Notes: generated by a model from the letters alone, not told the origin. DNA of 63,625 nucleotides, filler included, from Octopus bimaculoides (GCF_001194135.2; 6 parts of 6 records of this genome joined end to end with filler, not necessarily neighbours in it); one strand, 5' to 3'. Shown: positions 47,837-61,647, counted from the whole stretch's first letter. Translations and numbers: made by a program.

Positions 47837-48042
47837 CTGTTAAGAAAAATAAGTTTAATACATTTACTATCACATATTGAAACTTTAGAGAAACTAATCA
47901 TTAACAGTGATGCTTTGCATTAAAAGAAACATGTTGCAACATATACTGGGTAACAGAAATGCGAGCTGCTCAAACTGCAACATTTATCATACTCTCACTT
48001 ATATATATATATGTGTATGGATATATATATGTGTGTGCATAT

Positions 48043-48089
<47 letters not shown>

Positions 48090-48189
48090 NNNNNNNNNNN
48101 NNNNNNNNNNNNNNNNNNNNNNNNNNNNNNNNNTTAATTAATTAANNNNNNNNNNNNNNNNNNNNNNNNNNNNNNNNNNNNNNNNNNNN
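48090..48189. other. Artificial scaffold spacer 5
   Basis: 44N + TTAATTAATTAA (48134-48145) + 44N. Confidence 0.95.
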
Positions 48190-48907
48190 AGTTGATGTTT
48201 AGAATGGGGCGGAGCCATAGTTACATGTGATGAGGCTGTATAGGGAGGGAGGGAGGGAGGAAGGAATGGTGATGGTAGCACCTGTACTTGGAGTAGTATT
48301 GGTGTTGATGTTGGTAGTAGTTAGGTGTGTATTCGTTGCTGAACAATGGTAGTGGTGACAGTTATAGTGGTAGTATTGGTGAGGTTTGTTGGTGGTGATG
48401 GAAGTTTGTTCCGATAGTGAAAGTAGATGTGATAGTAGATTTGGTGGTAGTGTGATGGTTCCTGTGGTTGTGGTGTTTGTGGTGCCTGTGGTAGTTACTG
48501 GTGACAATGAAAGTAGTTGAGGTAGTATTGGCGGTTGTAGAATGGTGATGCTTGTGATGGTGTTGGTGGTGGTACTGCTGCTGCTGCTGCAATTGGTGTT
48601 GCTTGTGGTGGCAATGGTGTTGGTGGTGATTTGTAGTATCAGTTTGTTACCTGAGTCGTGAAGATGGTATGGTCTTGTAGTGGTCATAGTTACATGAGTA
48701 TTAGTTGTAAAGGACGTGGTGGTGGTGGTGGTTCTCATTGTCGTGGTCGTGGCTGTCGTAGTTGCTAATAAAATACGGTGATTGCAGCAGGTAAGAATCT
48801 ACATAGTTACACAAACAGTGTATGTAGTTGTAGCAGTGGTGACAAAAAATAGCTTTGGTAGTAGTAGTAGTAGTAGCAGTAGCAGCAGCAGCAGCAGCAG
48901 CAACAGC

Positions 48908-48974
<67 letters not shown>

Positions 48975-49330
48975 CTGGGTGGTTATAGTTAAGACGACGA
49001 GTAACTGTGGAGGTAATAGTGGTTGTTGGTAGGAATGATAAAAGTAGTATTGGTCACGTTGCTAAGCTCATTAAAGGTGATGGTTAAGGGTGTTGATGAG
49101 AGAAGTAGTTTGTTAGCGTAGTGGCAGCGATGGCGTTGGCGGTGATCATAATTATATAAGTTTGTAGTCGTAAGAATGGTAGTTGATGCTCATTTGGCAC
49201 CCATGACGATAGTTGTAGTTGTAGCTACCCTTGTAGTGCTTATAGTTACACGAGTGGTGGTTGTAGTGGTAGTAGAGTTTGTGCAGATAGTGACGGTGGT
49301 CTAAGTTAAATGAGTAAGGTGTTTGTGGAA
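48190..49330. repeat. Degenerate trinucleotide low-complexity region (GGT/GTA/AGC)
   Basis: Long runs of ggtggt, gtagta and agcagc. Confidence 0.85.
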
Positions 49331-49340
49331 GTGGTTGGTG

Positions 49341-49510
49341 TTATTTCTTATTTCTTTATTGCCCACAAGAGGCTAGCTAAACATAGAGGGGACAAACAAG
49401 GATAGACAAATGGATTAAGTCGATTACATCGACCCCAGTGCGTAAGTGGTACTTAATTTATCGACCCCCGAAAGGATGAAAGGCAAAGTCGACCTCGGCG
49501 GAATTTTAGC
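49341..49510 (-). mobile_element. SINE family A, 5'-truncated
   Basis: Reverse complement of the family A tail and central domain (gaaaggatgaaaggcaaagtcgacctcggcggaatt). Confidence 0.85.
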
Positions 49511-50640
49511 TCTGATCAAGTAGTCTGAGGGTGCGCTGGTAATCGGCCGAACGACTGGGTGCAACCCTCAGACCTAACGAATCGTCCTAAAGGGTTCAGT
49601 GTAACAGTCTATACACGTTGCATTCTCTCCACTGTCGAGTCTATTTCTGTACGCCTGCAGATTCAGGGGTGGCCACATTGAAGGTGAACAAAGTAGACTT
49701 GGTCAGGGTGCATGTGTATGTGTTTTCATGTTTGTCTGGGATTTTTTAGAAGCCGGTTTTGCTTTGCTCAGGTATCGTATATAAATCTGTTTTTAGGAAG
49801 AGATTTTTCTTATAGTGCCAGAGACTACTGAAGTCTGAAGTTTGGTGTAGTTATAACCTGCGCCACTCGTACGTCCAAATGAGTTTTCATTTTTTGCATT
49901 TTTGTTTTGTTGAGTAGATGGTCATCAGGTGTAATGCGTAGCGCGTTGTTTTATGTGCTTCATCGTGAGAAGATTGGGGCCCGAACAGGACTAGCAGAGT
50001 TTACGATGGATCTACAGCTTGTAAACCATTTTTATTGCTTCTCCTTGTTCAATAAATGTGATGCCTTAAGTATGTTTGAGCTGTGCTTTATTTTACTTCG
50101 TGTGTACTTTCTGTTGTAAAGGAGTTATATTTTTGATAAGTTTATCTTCAACATGTAGAAATTTTCTCTGTTGTTGAGTGTAAAGTTTCTGTTGGTTTTG
50201 CTGGTAAGAAGGAAGACAGACAACTTAGTGGTTGCTACTTTAAGATTGTTATTATAGATTTACATTATTTATATATTGCTGGAGTGGTTGTACAGTAGGA
50301 ATGGTGAGAGGATATGAGCGTGATATCATTTGTGCATGAAGCTGTATATGTTCTGATAAAGGAGTGAGAAGATTGTGAAGGTATGTTTGAAAAGCATAGA
50401 AGGGAGGACGAATATATCTGGTAATCCATTCAAGAAACTGCAAGATCTGAAAGTATGGCTATTTACGCTACACAGGCTCGCTAACTTCCAGTCAGTGTTT
50501 GCATTGTTCTTAAAGTGATGTTGAGTATTTTTCTCGCAGATGTCTTGGAATGGGATCAAAATCTTGCTGATGAAAATAGTAGTTGGAAAGGTACGCAACC
50601 AGCATGTATTTTCTGTTAGGTTTGTGAATATTGCGGTGAG
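49511..50640 (-). mobile_element. Decayed LINE ORF2 3' portion (I/Jockey-group-like)
   Basis: Remnants FLNGLPDIFVLPSMLF (similar to NGVPQGSVLSP.LF), HLQCGHP and LQAYRNRLDSGENATCIDC (post-RT zinc-knuckle region). Confidence 0.6.
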
Positions 50641-51859
50641 AGAAGATTTGTGAGTTACCGGTAATAAAAATCAGCCGCTTTTCTATAATTTTTGAAAAGG
50701 TAAATACAAGAGTGACGAGTATGTTATGGTACTTTCCTTTGAATTTTTGCTAGGCTTTAGAATTGTTGTTATTTCACTCAGCTTTTTAATTCTGGAAATT
50801 TGGCAATATTAGTGAATACATTAATTCCTTCATGTTTTAGAATTGAATTTACAATTTTGAGAGAGACTGAAAGTTTTTAGTTTTTAGTTTGTCCTTCTTG
50901 ATTTTGCATGATTTCTGAAAGGAATGAGTTAAAATCATAATCCATGCGGAAGATGCGACCAATTTTTAGGAAATGAGATAATTTAGTTTGCTTGGTGTTT
51001 CTGTGTAGTTATATTAGGTGAGAGATGGGAGACATCGTGGGCAGTAATGCTGTTGTTGATGTTACTAATTATTTTATATAATATTTTAGTTTGTTTTATG
51101 GCTTATATTGAATACAAATGTTTGCCACATTTTCGAGGGAGTTTCTTCTCATACTTTCTTGTTTAGTTGTTTGATGTTTTATCCTTTCACATTTACTTGT
51201 TTCGGTCATTAGACTGTGGCCATGCTGGGGTACCGCCTTCTAGAATGTTTTAGTCGAATGAACCAGCCCCAGTATTTATTTTTTTTAAAGCCTGGTACTT
51301 ATTCTATCGGTTTCTTTTGCCGAATCGCTAAGATACGGGGACGGAAGCACATCAACAGTGGTTATCAAGCAGTGGTGAAGGACAAAGACACACACACACA
51401 CACACACACANNNNNNNNNNNNNNNNNNNNNNNNNNNNNNNNNNNNNNNNNNNNNNNNNNNNNNNNNNNNNNNNNNNNNNNNNNNNNNNNNNNNNNNNNN
51501 NNNNNNNNNNNNNNNNNNNNNNNNNNNNNNNNNNNNNNNNNNNNNNNNNNNNNNNNNNNNNNNNNNNNNNNNNNNNNNNNNNNNNNNNNNNNNNNNNNNN
51601 NNNNNNNNNNNNNNNNNNNNNNNNNNNNNNNNNNNNNNNNNNNNNNNNNNNNNNNNNNNNNNNNNNNNNNGGCACAAAAGAAAACAAAACGAATGGCAAA
51701 GATGAATTGAATATAATGAAAAAATGGAATGAAGCCGTTCGGCCCCACCTCTGAGCGACTTCATTAAACCTGTTAATGCACCCCACCCCTTTTTTTTTAA
51801 ACATTAATTAAAATTGCCATTGATAATGCCTTTGTGACAGCTAGTTTCCACTTGTTTAG

Positions 51860-52430
51860 AAAATGTCTATGCAAGTTCTGGTGTCTTGCAGTACCACCAC
51901 CTTTTCTTATATGCCTAGCAGTATGGCAGCCACCAGCCAGGCTACCATTTACTTCTGGGGGTATGTCTTTTACCCTAACCCTGGAAGCACGTCTCCCAAT
52001 GTATACAGGTAGAAGCACCACTTCTTCAGTTCTTAATGATGTGGCTGAGTGCAGTCTGGCGGTAGCTATCTTCCGAAACTACACTTCCACTGTTCCGTAC
52101 TTTCCTCCCCTGGTAAAGTAGGATATCTTTTGCCAGACTGGCCTCAACGCCTTTTCAACTTGTGCCTCCGACACCACTTCTATTTTTCTTGTTGCCACCG
52201 CGTATGTCTTGTAAACAATTGTTCTCTCTTTCTTATCCTTTAACACTTCTTTGGGTGGGGGGAACACTTTCACATCGTTTTCGTCCCTTTTAAATATTTC
52301 CTTGAACTTGCTCAGCTCTTCCAGACTTGTGTCTTCAATTTTTTCCCTTTGCCGCTGCAGTGTAATTCTTTGTTTTTATTACTGCGTCAATCTTGTTCAT
52401 ACATTTCACCATTTCTTCCTTGTTCAAACA
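51860..52430 (-). mobile_element. Decayed LINE ORF1 (gag-like) fragment
   Basis: Broken minus-strand frame ...KISYFTRGGKYGTVEV*F...SLRTEEVVLLPVYIGRRASRVRVKDIPPE; RRM-like ORF1 character, no splice signals. Confidence 0.45.
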
Positions 52431-52727
52431 TTTCACAATTCAACTAACGATTTGTGAGTGGATGTGGTAGATGGAAACTGTGTGGAAGCCTGTCGTATAC
52501 AAACACACACATATACACACACATTTATGTATACATGTATGTATGTATGTATGTATGTATGTATGTATATGTATGTCATTGTTCAGTTTTATTTAAAGAT
52601 TTCTTGTCAATAGAGAAAGAGCCGGTTTCTAACCAAGATCCGAGCCTCCTTCATTGAAATATCATCGTCAACAACAGGGTATTTTTGCTTGTATGTATGT
52701 ATGTATGTATGTATGTATGTATGTGGT

Positions 52728-53068
52728 GGAGGCGCAATGGCCTAGTGGTTAAGGCAGCGGACTCGCGGTCATAGGATCGCAGTTTCGATTCCCAGACCGG
52801 GCGTTGTGATTGTTTATTGAGCGAAAACACCTAAAGCTCCACGAGGCTCCGGCAGGGGATGGTGGTGAACCCTGCTCTACTCTTCCACTACAACTTTCTC
52901 TCACTCTTACTTCCTGTTTCTGTTGTGTCTGTAATTCAAAGGGTCAGCCTTGTCACACTGTGTCTGTGGAGTGCTCAGCCACTTGCACGTTAATTTCACG
53001 AGCAGGCTGTTCCGTTGATCGGATCAACTGGAACCCTCGACGTTGTAAGCGACGGAGTGCCAACAACA
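52728..53068 (+). mobile_element. Full-length tRNA-derived SINE (tRNA-Arg-like head)
   Basis: ggcgcaatggcctagtggttaaggcagcggactcgcggtcataggatcgcagtttcgattccc (A and B boxes), body shared with 1357-1525, ends ...gtgccaacaaca. Confidence 0.85.
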
Positions 53069-54734
53069 TGTATGTATTTATGTATGTATGTATGTATGTA
53101 TTATGTATGTATGTATGTATGTATGTGTGTATGTATGTACGTGTGAAGATTTGTATGTTTTGCTTTATGTATGTATTCTCATGCATATAGCTGCATATCT
53201 ATACATGCTCATATATATTTAAATCATAAACTTCTGGAAAGCTTTACAGATCTTTACAGTTCCAGTGATGGATTGGATCTGTAATGTTTGTATGCATTTA
53301 CATATACATGTATATGCTTGTCTTTATGTTTGTCTCACACACACCACTTGATAACTGGGGTTGGCTTGTTTACGTTCCTGTAGGCTAGCAGTTCGGCAAA
53401 AAGACAGTGATAGAATAAATACCAGATCTTTTTTTTTAATAAGCACTGGGGTTGATTTGTGAAACTAAGACCTTCAAGGCCATGTTGGGGGACCCCTTTG
53501 AAGGCAATCCCCCAACATGGCCTCACTTCGATGACTGAAATAAGTAAACAAAAGATATCAACGAGTCATTTTATACAGTTTGGTTCATCTATAATTTTCG
53601 GTTATATTACGAAACATCTGTCTTGCTAATTAGAATTGCAACTGATTATCACATCAATGATTTCTCAACAGTTATTATTCCTATTTATCTCTAGAAAATA
53701 ACAACCTGTCGTAGATTCTTGTCTCAGTCTTAGACCGAAATCTTAATACATGCTTTAACTATTTCGACACTGAATATGTTTAAATATTTATTTGTTTGCA
53801 TCAGGGATCAAATATCAATAAATCACAATGAGTTAGAAAAATTATGCAGCGTCTCATATTTAATATGCACGGTTGCAAAAATGTCATTTGTTACTATACT
53901 AAACATCACTGTTTCTTTATTGATTTTAAAATATTATGAAATATTCTTTTAATTATTTATAAACGTCTATATATTTACGCAATGCTCTGTTGTAGAAATA
54001 TACTAACAAGCTCACTTGCTATGCTACACTGGTGTAATATTTATAGAATTCATTTGCTTCTTGCAAGATCTTGTACGGACACGACTATTGATAACTAATT
54101 AGCAAACTTTATTAATTCACTCAAATATATATGAAACTTTGTTTAACTTCAATCTTTAATTATTTCGAAAATTTGCCAACTTAAACCATAAAATATGTAG
54201 TCATACAACTAACCCCCACTCCCCAAAATTACTGGCCTAGTACCAAAATTTGAAATCGTTTTTATTACTATTACTTTTATTGTGATATTTTTATTATTAC
54301 TATTACCTTTTATTGTGATATTATTATCAGGTCTGTAAGGGTGGCACACATGGTAACGTGCTGAACTGTTGATTAAAGACCGAGCTCAAATACTGCAAGT
54401 TTACTCCGACAGTTTCATTTTAATCCAACCTTGATCTGCAGAAAATATTTACTATATTCAGTTCTATAGACTATAGCTGGTCCAACACAACATTTATGCG
54501 TCTGTGCAGGTAGGTGTCAATTATATTATGCAATAAAAATTCATGCAGGATCAAGAGGTAACGTAGTGGGCAGAGACATCAACAGCAGGATTTAGTATAT
54601 AGGGTAAATACCTGTTATATAAATGTTTTATGACATTGTCCCCTTTCTTACGCCTAATCTATTCCATCCGGTGCAGTCTATATATCTTAGTGGACATTCT
54701 GTTCGAGCTGTGGATAGTTTCCGAAGTCTATACC

Positions 54735-54949
54735 TTTATTCTTTTACTTGTTTCAGTCATTTGACTGCGGCCATGCTGGAGCACCACCTTTAGTCGAGCA
54801 AATCGACCCCAGGACTTATTCTTTGTAAGCCTAGTAATTATTCTATCGGTCTCTTTTTGCCGAAACGCTAAGTTACGGGGACGTAAACACACCAGCATCG
54901 GTTGTCAAGCGATGGTGGGGGGGACAAACACAGACACACAAACACACAA

Positions 54950-55012
<63 letters not shown>

Positions 55013-55181
55013 CATACACGACGGGTTTCTTTCAGTTTCCGTCTACCAAATCCACTCACAAGGCTTTGGTCGGCCCGAGGCTATAGTAGAAGACACTTGC
55101 CCAAGGTGCCACGCAGTGGGACTGAACCCGGATACATGTGGTTGGTAAGCAAGCTACTTACCACACAGCCATTCCTGCGCC
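54735..55181 (-). mobile_element. Full-length composite SINE family B/C with internal (TA)n
   Basis: Complete head, microsatellite and tail; best-preserved copy in the window. Confidence 0.9.
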
Positions 55182-55879
55182 TTTGTACATCTCCAAAATA
55201 TGGGGATGTTTTTTCTTTTCTATCAATCCCTACCTGTCGAACACGGCTTTCATATATTTAAACGTGACAATCAAGAAGTTATTAAATGATTTTTACACTT
55301 TTGTAGAATGTCGTAAGTCCATTGCATGAATCATTTCTTCGACAGATTTTCTCTTTAAAATAATCAACCTCGGACATTCTGACTTTGAGACACTTGAAGT
55401 GCTTTGTAACAGTTTTATTTATCGTACATTCAGCAAAAAGGTACTACGAGAAGGACAATGAACAATTCCAGATGCAGGATGTTTTAATAGCGACTTTTGC
55501 GGTAACATTCGACATTCACATTGACAGCCTTAAAAGAACGGAGTTGAATTGGTTTAACTGCACATCATTTTCTAATTGACAAGACCTGTAATCAAAGCAT
55601 TCTAACCATGAGCATCTTTATTCTTGGTTTAATGTTTCTAGGATTCCATTATCTAATGTTTTTTTTATCTTATTTTGGTAATACTTATTTAGACTTATGT
55701 TCTCCCGCATTGTGAGACCCATAATGCACCAATCTTTTTGCAGTGTATTCGTTCAATCGTGGTCTTTTTGGCTGTTGCCCAACTGGCCGTCAATCATTTG
55801 AAATCTTCCAGGAACGCCGACTCCCAGTATTTCTTAGGAGCCGGTTGTTATCCTATTTTCTGGAGTCCACGCCATTAGG

Positions 55880-56115
55880 TAAAGATAAAGTTATCGAGTC
55901 ATGTCGACTCATAAGGGCCGGATTCCCGGTTTCATGGCGTATGAATTCCACACCAGGACGGAACGCCGATCCTACGCAGAATTACTCATTTTTGCCAGCT
56001 GAGTGAACTGGAACAACGTGAAATCAAGAACTCTATGCGTTGTCCGGTTCAGGAATCGAAACCACAATCTAACGATCATGAGTCCAACAACTTAACCACT
56101 AAGCCATGTACCTCC
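55880..56115 (-). mobile_element. Older tRNA-derived SINE
   Basis: Minus strand ggaggtacatggcttagtggttaag...gtggtttcgattcctgaaccgg head followed by gttccagttcactcagctggcaaaaatgagt. Confidence 0.65.
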
Positions 56116-56859
56116 TCAAGTCACGTGCCTCCACAGTCCATTCTTTGGTTGCTGAGTGGCTGGCAGATGCAAATTGTGACCACCTATCAAGTGAAATCGA
56201 TATAGCACTTATTTCTAGTAGATCTAGAAAATAATTAGAGACTTCCACGTTATCTTACTGGAAAAGAAATGAGCATTGATGATGTTGGGAAGTCTTTTAA
56301 ACGGTGGCTACATCGCTATCATTTTTTTTGGGGGGGTGGGGGGAATTATACGCACGAAGAAGACACCCGAAAAAATATATTCCTTTTGTGTATATCTCGT
56401 TCATGTAATGTTTTTTGTTGGTTGGGAGTTAGTATTTTAGATTAACATTTTGGAGATGTGAGTAGGAAAAGCGATCAACCATGCAAAAGTTACTATTTTG
56501 TTAAAAATAAGTGCCCTTAAATTTTTTCGAACACAGAGCTCCAACACATGTGAAAGAGAAATTAATACAAAAAAAATCAAAGGAATTAAGGCGAAATTGA
56601 AACAAGTTTCGAATTCAGTTTAATCGTAGTTGACCACGTAACGACAATAGTATGGTCATTTAAATCCGCCGACCGAAATTACTACCTGACATTTGTCACT
56701 TAATCTAAAGAAAGTTATATTAATTTGTACATTATTCACGGCCCTTTCAACTTAAATTTGCAAAACAATACCTATTCATATATTTTCTCAGCACATTTTC
56801 TCAAAGCTGCAACATTTTTTTACTGTTTTATTGCAACCCCAGCATAACTGCAGCTTTGA

Positions 56860-56936
<77 letters not shown>

Positions 56937-56938
<2 letters not shown>

Positions 56939-57168
56939 CGGCGAGCTGGCAGAAACGTTAGCACGCCGGGCGAAATAATTAGCAGTATTTCGTCTGCCGC
57001 TACGTTCTGAGTTCAAATTCCGCCGAGGTCGACTTTGCCTTTCATCCTTTCGGGGTCGATAAATTAAGTACCAGTTACGCACTGGGGTCGATGTGATCGA
57101 CTTAGTCCCTTTGTCTGTCCTTGTTTGTCCCCTCTGTGTTTGGCCCCTTGTGAGCAATAAAGAAACAA
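56937..57168 (+). mobile_element. SINE family A, full length, flanked by (GATA)n
   Basis: Near-identical to 2377-2608. Confidence 0.9.
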
Positions 57169-57706
57169 GATAGATAGATAGATAGATAGATGGATGGATG
57201 AAGAGAAAGATGGATAAAAATTGCTCCACGCAACAGAGCTAGAGAACACACAAAAACATGCTGCGTTTATTTCTTTAAAAGTAAGTCCAGTCTGATAAAA
57301 TTGTTTTCTCTGATAAAGACATCATTCATAATTATTAAAAGTTTCCACCTTCGAACGCTATATTAACGTAGTTAGTATCTGTCTATCTTAACACAGTTTT
57401 CGAGAGTATTGACTCTCTCCTCTATCGGCAGATATAATGGTAAATATAGCGACGTTGCTACTAAATTCCAAAGATATTTCAGAGATGCCTTCAACATGCT
57501 TCAAGCATTTGAAAGAAACCTTTTGCACGTAAAACACCTAAAACAAAAAAAAAAAAAAAAAAAAAAAAAANNNNNNNNNNNNNNNNNNNNNNNNNNNNNN
57601 NNNNNNNNNNNNNNNNNNNNNNNNNNNNNNNNNNNNNNNNNNNNNNNNNNNNNNNNNNNNNNNNNNNNNNNNNNNNNNNNNNNNNNNNNNNNNNNNNNNN
57701 NNNNNN

Positions 57707-57746
<40 letters not shown>

Positions 57747-60700
57747 TTAGATAAGCTGTTGTATAGCATATATGAGATGCGTTATGTCTAAAAAGATACG
57801 TTTACACCTGTAAACACCGAGAGCACGACATATACAAACGCACAGACCATCACACCCTTACATACATATGTTGATAATAAATTTGCGTTCGTATGTATCT
57901 ATCTATCTATCTATCTATCCATCAATCTATCTATCTATCTATCTATCTATCTATATTTGTATGTATGTATGTAGATCTTGTTATGTATTTATGTATGTGT
58001 TTATGAGTGTATGCATGTATGTATGTTGATATGTTTATGTGATGTATTTATGTGCGTATATTGTGTGTATGTGGATGCATGTATGATTATTTATAGAGTA
58101 CAGCTTTACTTGTGAACGTATTATTCAGCCTTGCAAGTAAACTTGTACGTGACAACTCAACCTGCTAAAAATAGCAACCAAACTTTCTTCACGTCACACC
58201 TTACAGTCTTAAACGGAAAGAACTCATTACATATTGCCGTCTTAGATACTCCTAAATAATGATGGCCACAAGTGGAACGCTTTTCATTATAGTTTTGTTC
58301 GTACAGGTTTTTCCTGGGGCTAAACAACAACCATTACTAGTAACTCGTGAAACTCTACACATGCATTATTGAAAACGCGATTATTTTCGAATTTTAATAT
58401 GATACAGATTTCCTTTATATTTTGCTTGGAACGATAACATTTTAAAATACATCTACGCTTCAAGACCGTCCTGCTCTTATGTTCCAGATGAAATTCTTTT
58501 GAAGTCAACTTTGGCTTTGCGATCGATGAAAGAAAATACCAATCAAGTACCGGAATTGATTTCATCAACTAACACCCTCCCACAAACTTTCTAGCCTCGT
58601 AATTATATTTAAAATATTTATTGCCTTTTCATAATGAAAGGTAACAATAATGGGAATGTATTTTTTGTCCCTTTCGGATGCTAGTACTGTAATTTCTGAT
58701 GTCGTGTTTCTTTCGGGATTCAGCTTTGTTGTTGTTTTTTATATGTTTCTTACTAAATTGTATTATTTGTGTGTTGAGTTAAGCCTTATATGCTGTTGTT
58801 AACCATGTAACTTCTATGAACAATGATCTTTTCTGAAGCATTCTGTGTAAGTTTAGTTGAATTGCAGTTAACACATTCACAGCATAAGGGAGTATTAAAA
58901 GTCTATTCAGAATTAATTATGCAGTAAGGGAAGAGAGCGTTATTACCCAATGGCAAAGCTTACATAAGATATTTAAATAAATACCGGAAGCAGCTCTGAA
59001 CCTACATTAGTTTTTTATGATCTCGTCAGCAATGCATCATAACCTTTACAGAAGTTTTTAAATAATGGTAAAGAATGAAATAAACATATAGGATAGTACA
59101 TTACATAGCGAAAGAATAGAATTGTTCATAGTGTAAAAGTAATACAGAAACTGTTATATTATACTGAGTAGTAATATATTAATTTGGTACTGTGACTTCT
59201 TACTTTAGATCGTTTCACAGCCTTTTTACTTCCTTGAAGTGCATTCCAAAGCTCAGAGAAGTACTCTATAAAAATCATTGTCATTATCATTATTATTACT
59301 CTCTATTCTCTTTCAAAAAGTTAAGTCTGATGAGCTATTAAATAAAGTACAAAACTGTCTTTAAAATGTTTGTCCATCAGATACCGCTAAAAGGGCTTAA
59401 GAAATTTTATCATAAAGAAGATTGAGTTGAAACGAAATTACCTTACGATTTCCTATAAAGAGGTCCTTATAATAATCCTTCCTTGTTAGCTACAGATGCC
59501 GGAATTTCGAATATGAGGTCCATGTATAAGATTACGTTTATAGAATTACGAACAAAAATTAATCAAAAATGTGTGTGCTTAAAATCACTTCTCAACGAAC
59601 CCTTAGCGACCTCTTGTGACATTTTGCGGAATGTTTCGGGGAGCACAGGTTGCGAAAGCTGCTCGAGATTAATGGCGAGCCGATAATATAGTGTGTTGAT
59701 ACCATATAATGGAATTAACAGAATAAAACAAACGGTGGTTATCAATTAAGTATTCAAGTATTTTAGTAGACAAAATTATACAAAAGAGAAGTGAATTCAA
59801 AACGATAAATTTAGCAAACACGACAACCTATACAATCTAAAATATCACACATAAAGTATATCATATAAACCAATTGCAACATTTTATAAAACTACTTTAT
59901 TAACTAGAACATACCATGAATTATATCTAAGCTTAAAATAGCACTAACAGTACGTTACCAGAACACGGAATTTAAACATTATCACCAGCAAGAACAAAAA
60001 CCATGAACTTCTTCTTAGCTGTTGAATGAACTTTAAATGACTAATGCAATTTACGAATTTAGATGTAAACATGAAAGTAGTAAACTTCCAGACTTTATTA
60101 TTTACTTGAACATAAAAGTAGTCTGCTTTTCCTTTGATATGTAGAACAGTACAACTACATCTAGCAATCTGCTAACCTCTATATTGTCTAACGTTTTGCT
60201 CTTCTATTGGCTGAACATCAAATAGAAAAACTATGACCGACAAGTTAGATATTAAAGACTAAGATTACATACAACTATCTGTATATCTGTTGGCCACCTC
60301 CGTAAAATTAGCGCTATGCACTGGGGAAACTAAATCTGATATCCGGTTTCTGTTTACGGTTCTAGCTGTTTCTCTTCACTTCAGTGCTTGTCTTTGGGTA
60401 ATGCACTCACAACTCTACCCATTTAGGCCACACTTAATGTCAATAGACATAATCATTCAGTGATAGGCAAATAACGTAAATTACAAATTATTGTCGAAAA
60501 TACAGACGTTTGATGTTTTAAGTTTAGTCCATAAACTTTTTGTTATATCAGGTGTGAAAGTTGGTTCACTGAAAGGAGACTGACAGCAGTTCTCTGCTCT
60601 GTAGCGTTTAGCTTATATATTATAGCACAATGTCGTTACAATACCGTAGCCTATTGAATTAGTCTCGGTACATAGCTGCTACGTATTTTATCGATAATGC

Positions 60701-61647
60701 GATGAGAACAAAAATCAAAGTCGACTTTGGTGGTGTTTTGGCACAAAAAACAAAGAGAGGTATTAATATTGCTTCTAATTTAAACACAAGGCCAGTAATT
60801 TTGTGAGTAAGGAGGGCTAGTTAATTCATCTATTCCCGTATTTGAGTAATACTTTATTTTATCGAATCTAGAAGGATGACAGGCAAGATTAATCTCGGTG
60901 GCAAGTAATAATATATTACAGCTCGGCACACCATTCTTTTTTTCCATTGCTTTTCGTGTCCATTAGATTAATAAATTTATATCAATAGAAGGCCGCAGAT
61001 TTGTAGAAAAGGTATATAGTCCATTTAATTCATTTCCATACGTCTTGCACTTATTTCATTGACCCAAAGTAAAAAACAAACTTAATCTCAGTAAGCTTTG
61101 AACTCATTTGCCAACTAGAATAATTATCACACTGTTTGAACTGTAGTAAACGATTTTATATGTGTTTATATATGATCAAATGTTTACTCTTAGTGATGGA
61201 ATGTAAGGCAGCATCAAAATATGTGGATTTTAATCTTTAATGAGATCTTTTTTTATCAATTGGTTTCATTAACAGGTACCTAAGCTGATCGAGTGACTGA
61301 AATACCTACTTATTATATTAATGTGTAATTGGCTTAGTATTCCACAAATATGTTTATTTCTAACGAAATCCTTAGGTAGAATCAGCACATGTGTAGTCTG
61401 TAACGAAGCTGGTCCTTTGATTTACAGTTACAGTTCATGCAAAAGGTTTTCACACAGTTTTCCGTCTACACATTTTCATTCACACATTTTCGATCGATCT
61501 GATGCTATAATACATGAAGCTTGCCATAGATGTTACACAGTAACATCGAACCCGAGACTCCATGACTGCGAATCGAGATTCTTTCCTTAACCACTAGACC
61601 CAACTTACGACCAACAAAATCAAACATACTTTTGCACTACATATACA

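Noticed and set aside
48199-48738. 179-aa Thr-rich, mucin-like ORF
   Set aside because: Lies in degenerate GGT/GTA trinucleotide low-complexity DNA, with no splice context or non-repetitive domain.
49600-49720. HLQCGHP initially read as a Penelope GIY-YIG motif (similar text at ~14680)
   Set aside because: The surrounding frames match LINE RT and post-RT zinc-knuckle motifs instead.
52728-52800. tRNA-Arg-like sequence as a real tRNA gene
   Set aside because: The cloverleaf is imperfect and it continues directly into a SINE body shared with another copy.
59325-59365. ctgatgagc...caaaactgtc hammerhead-like string
   Set aside because: Weak stem II, no GAAAC and no stem I pairing.
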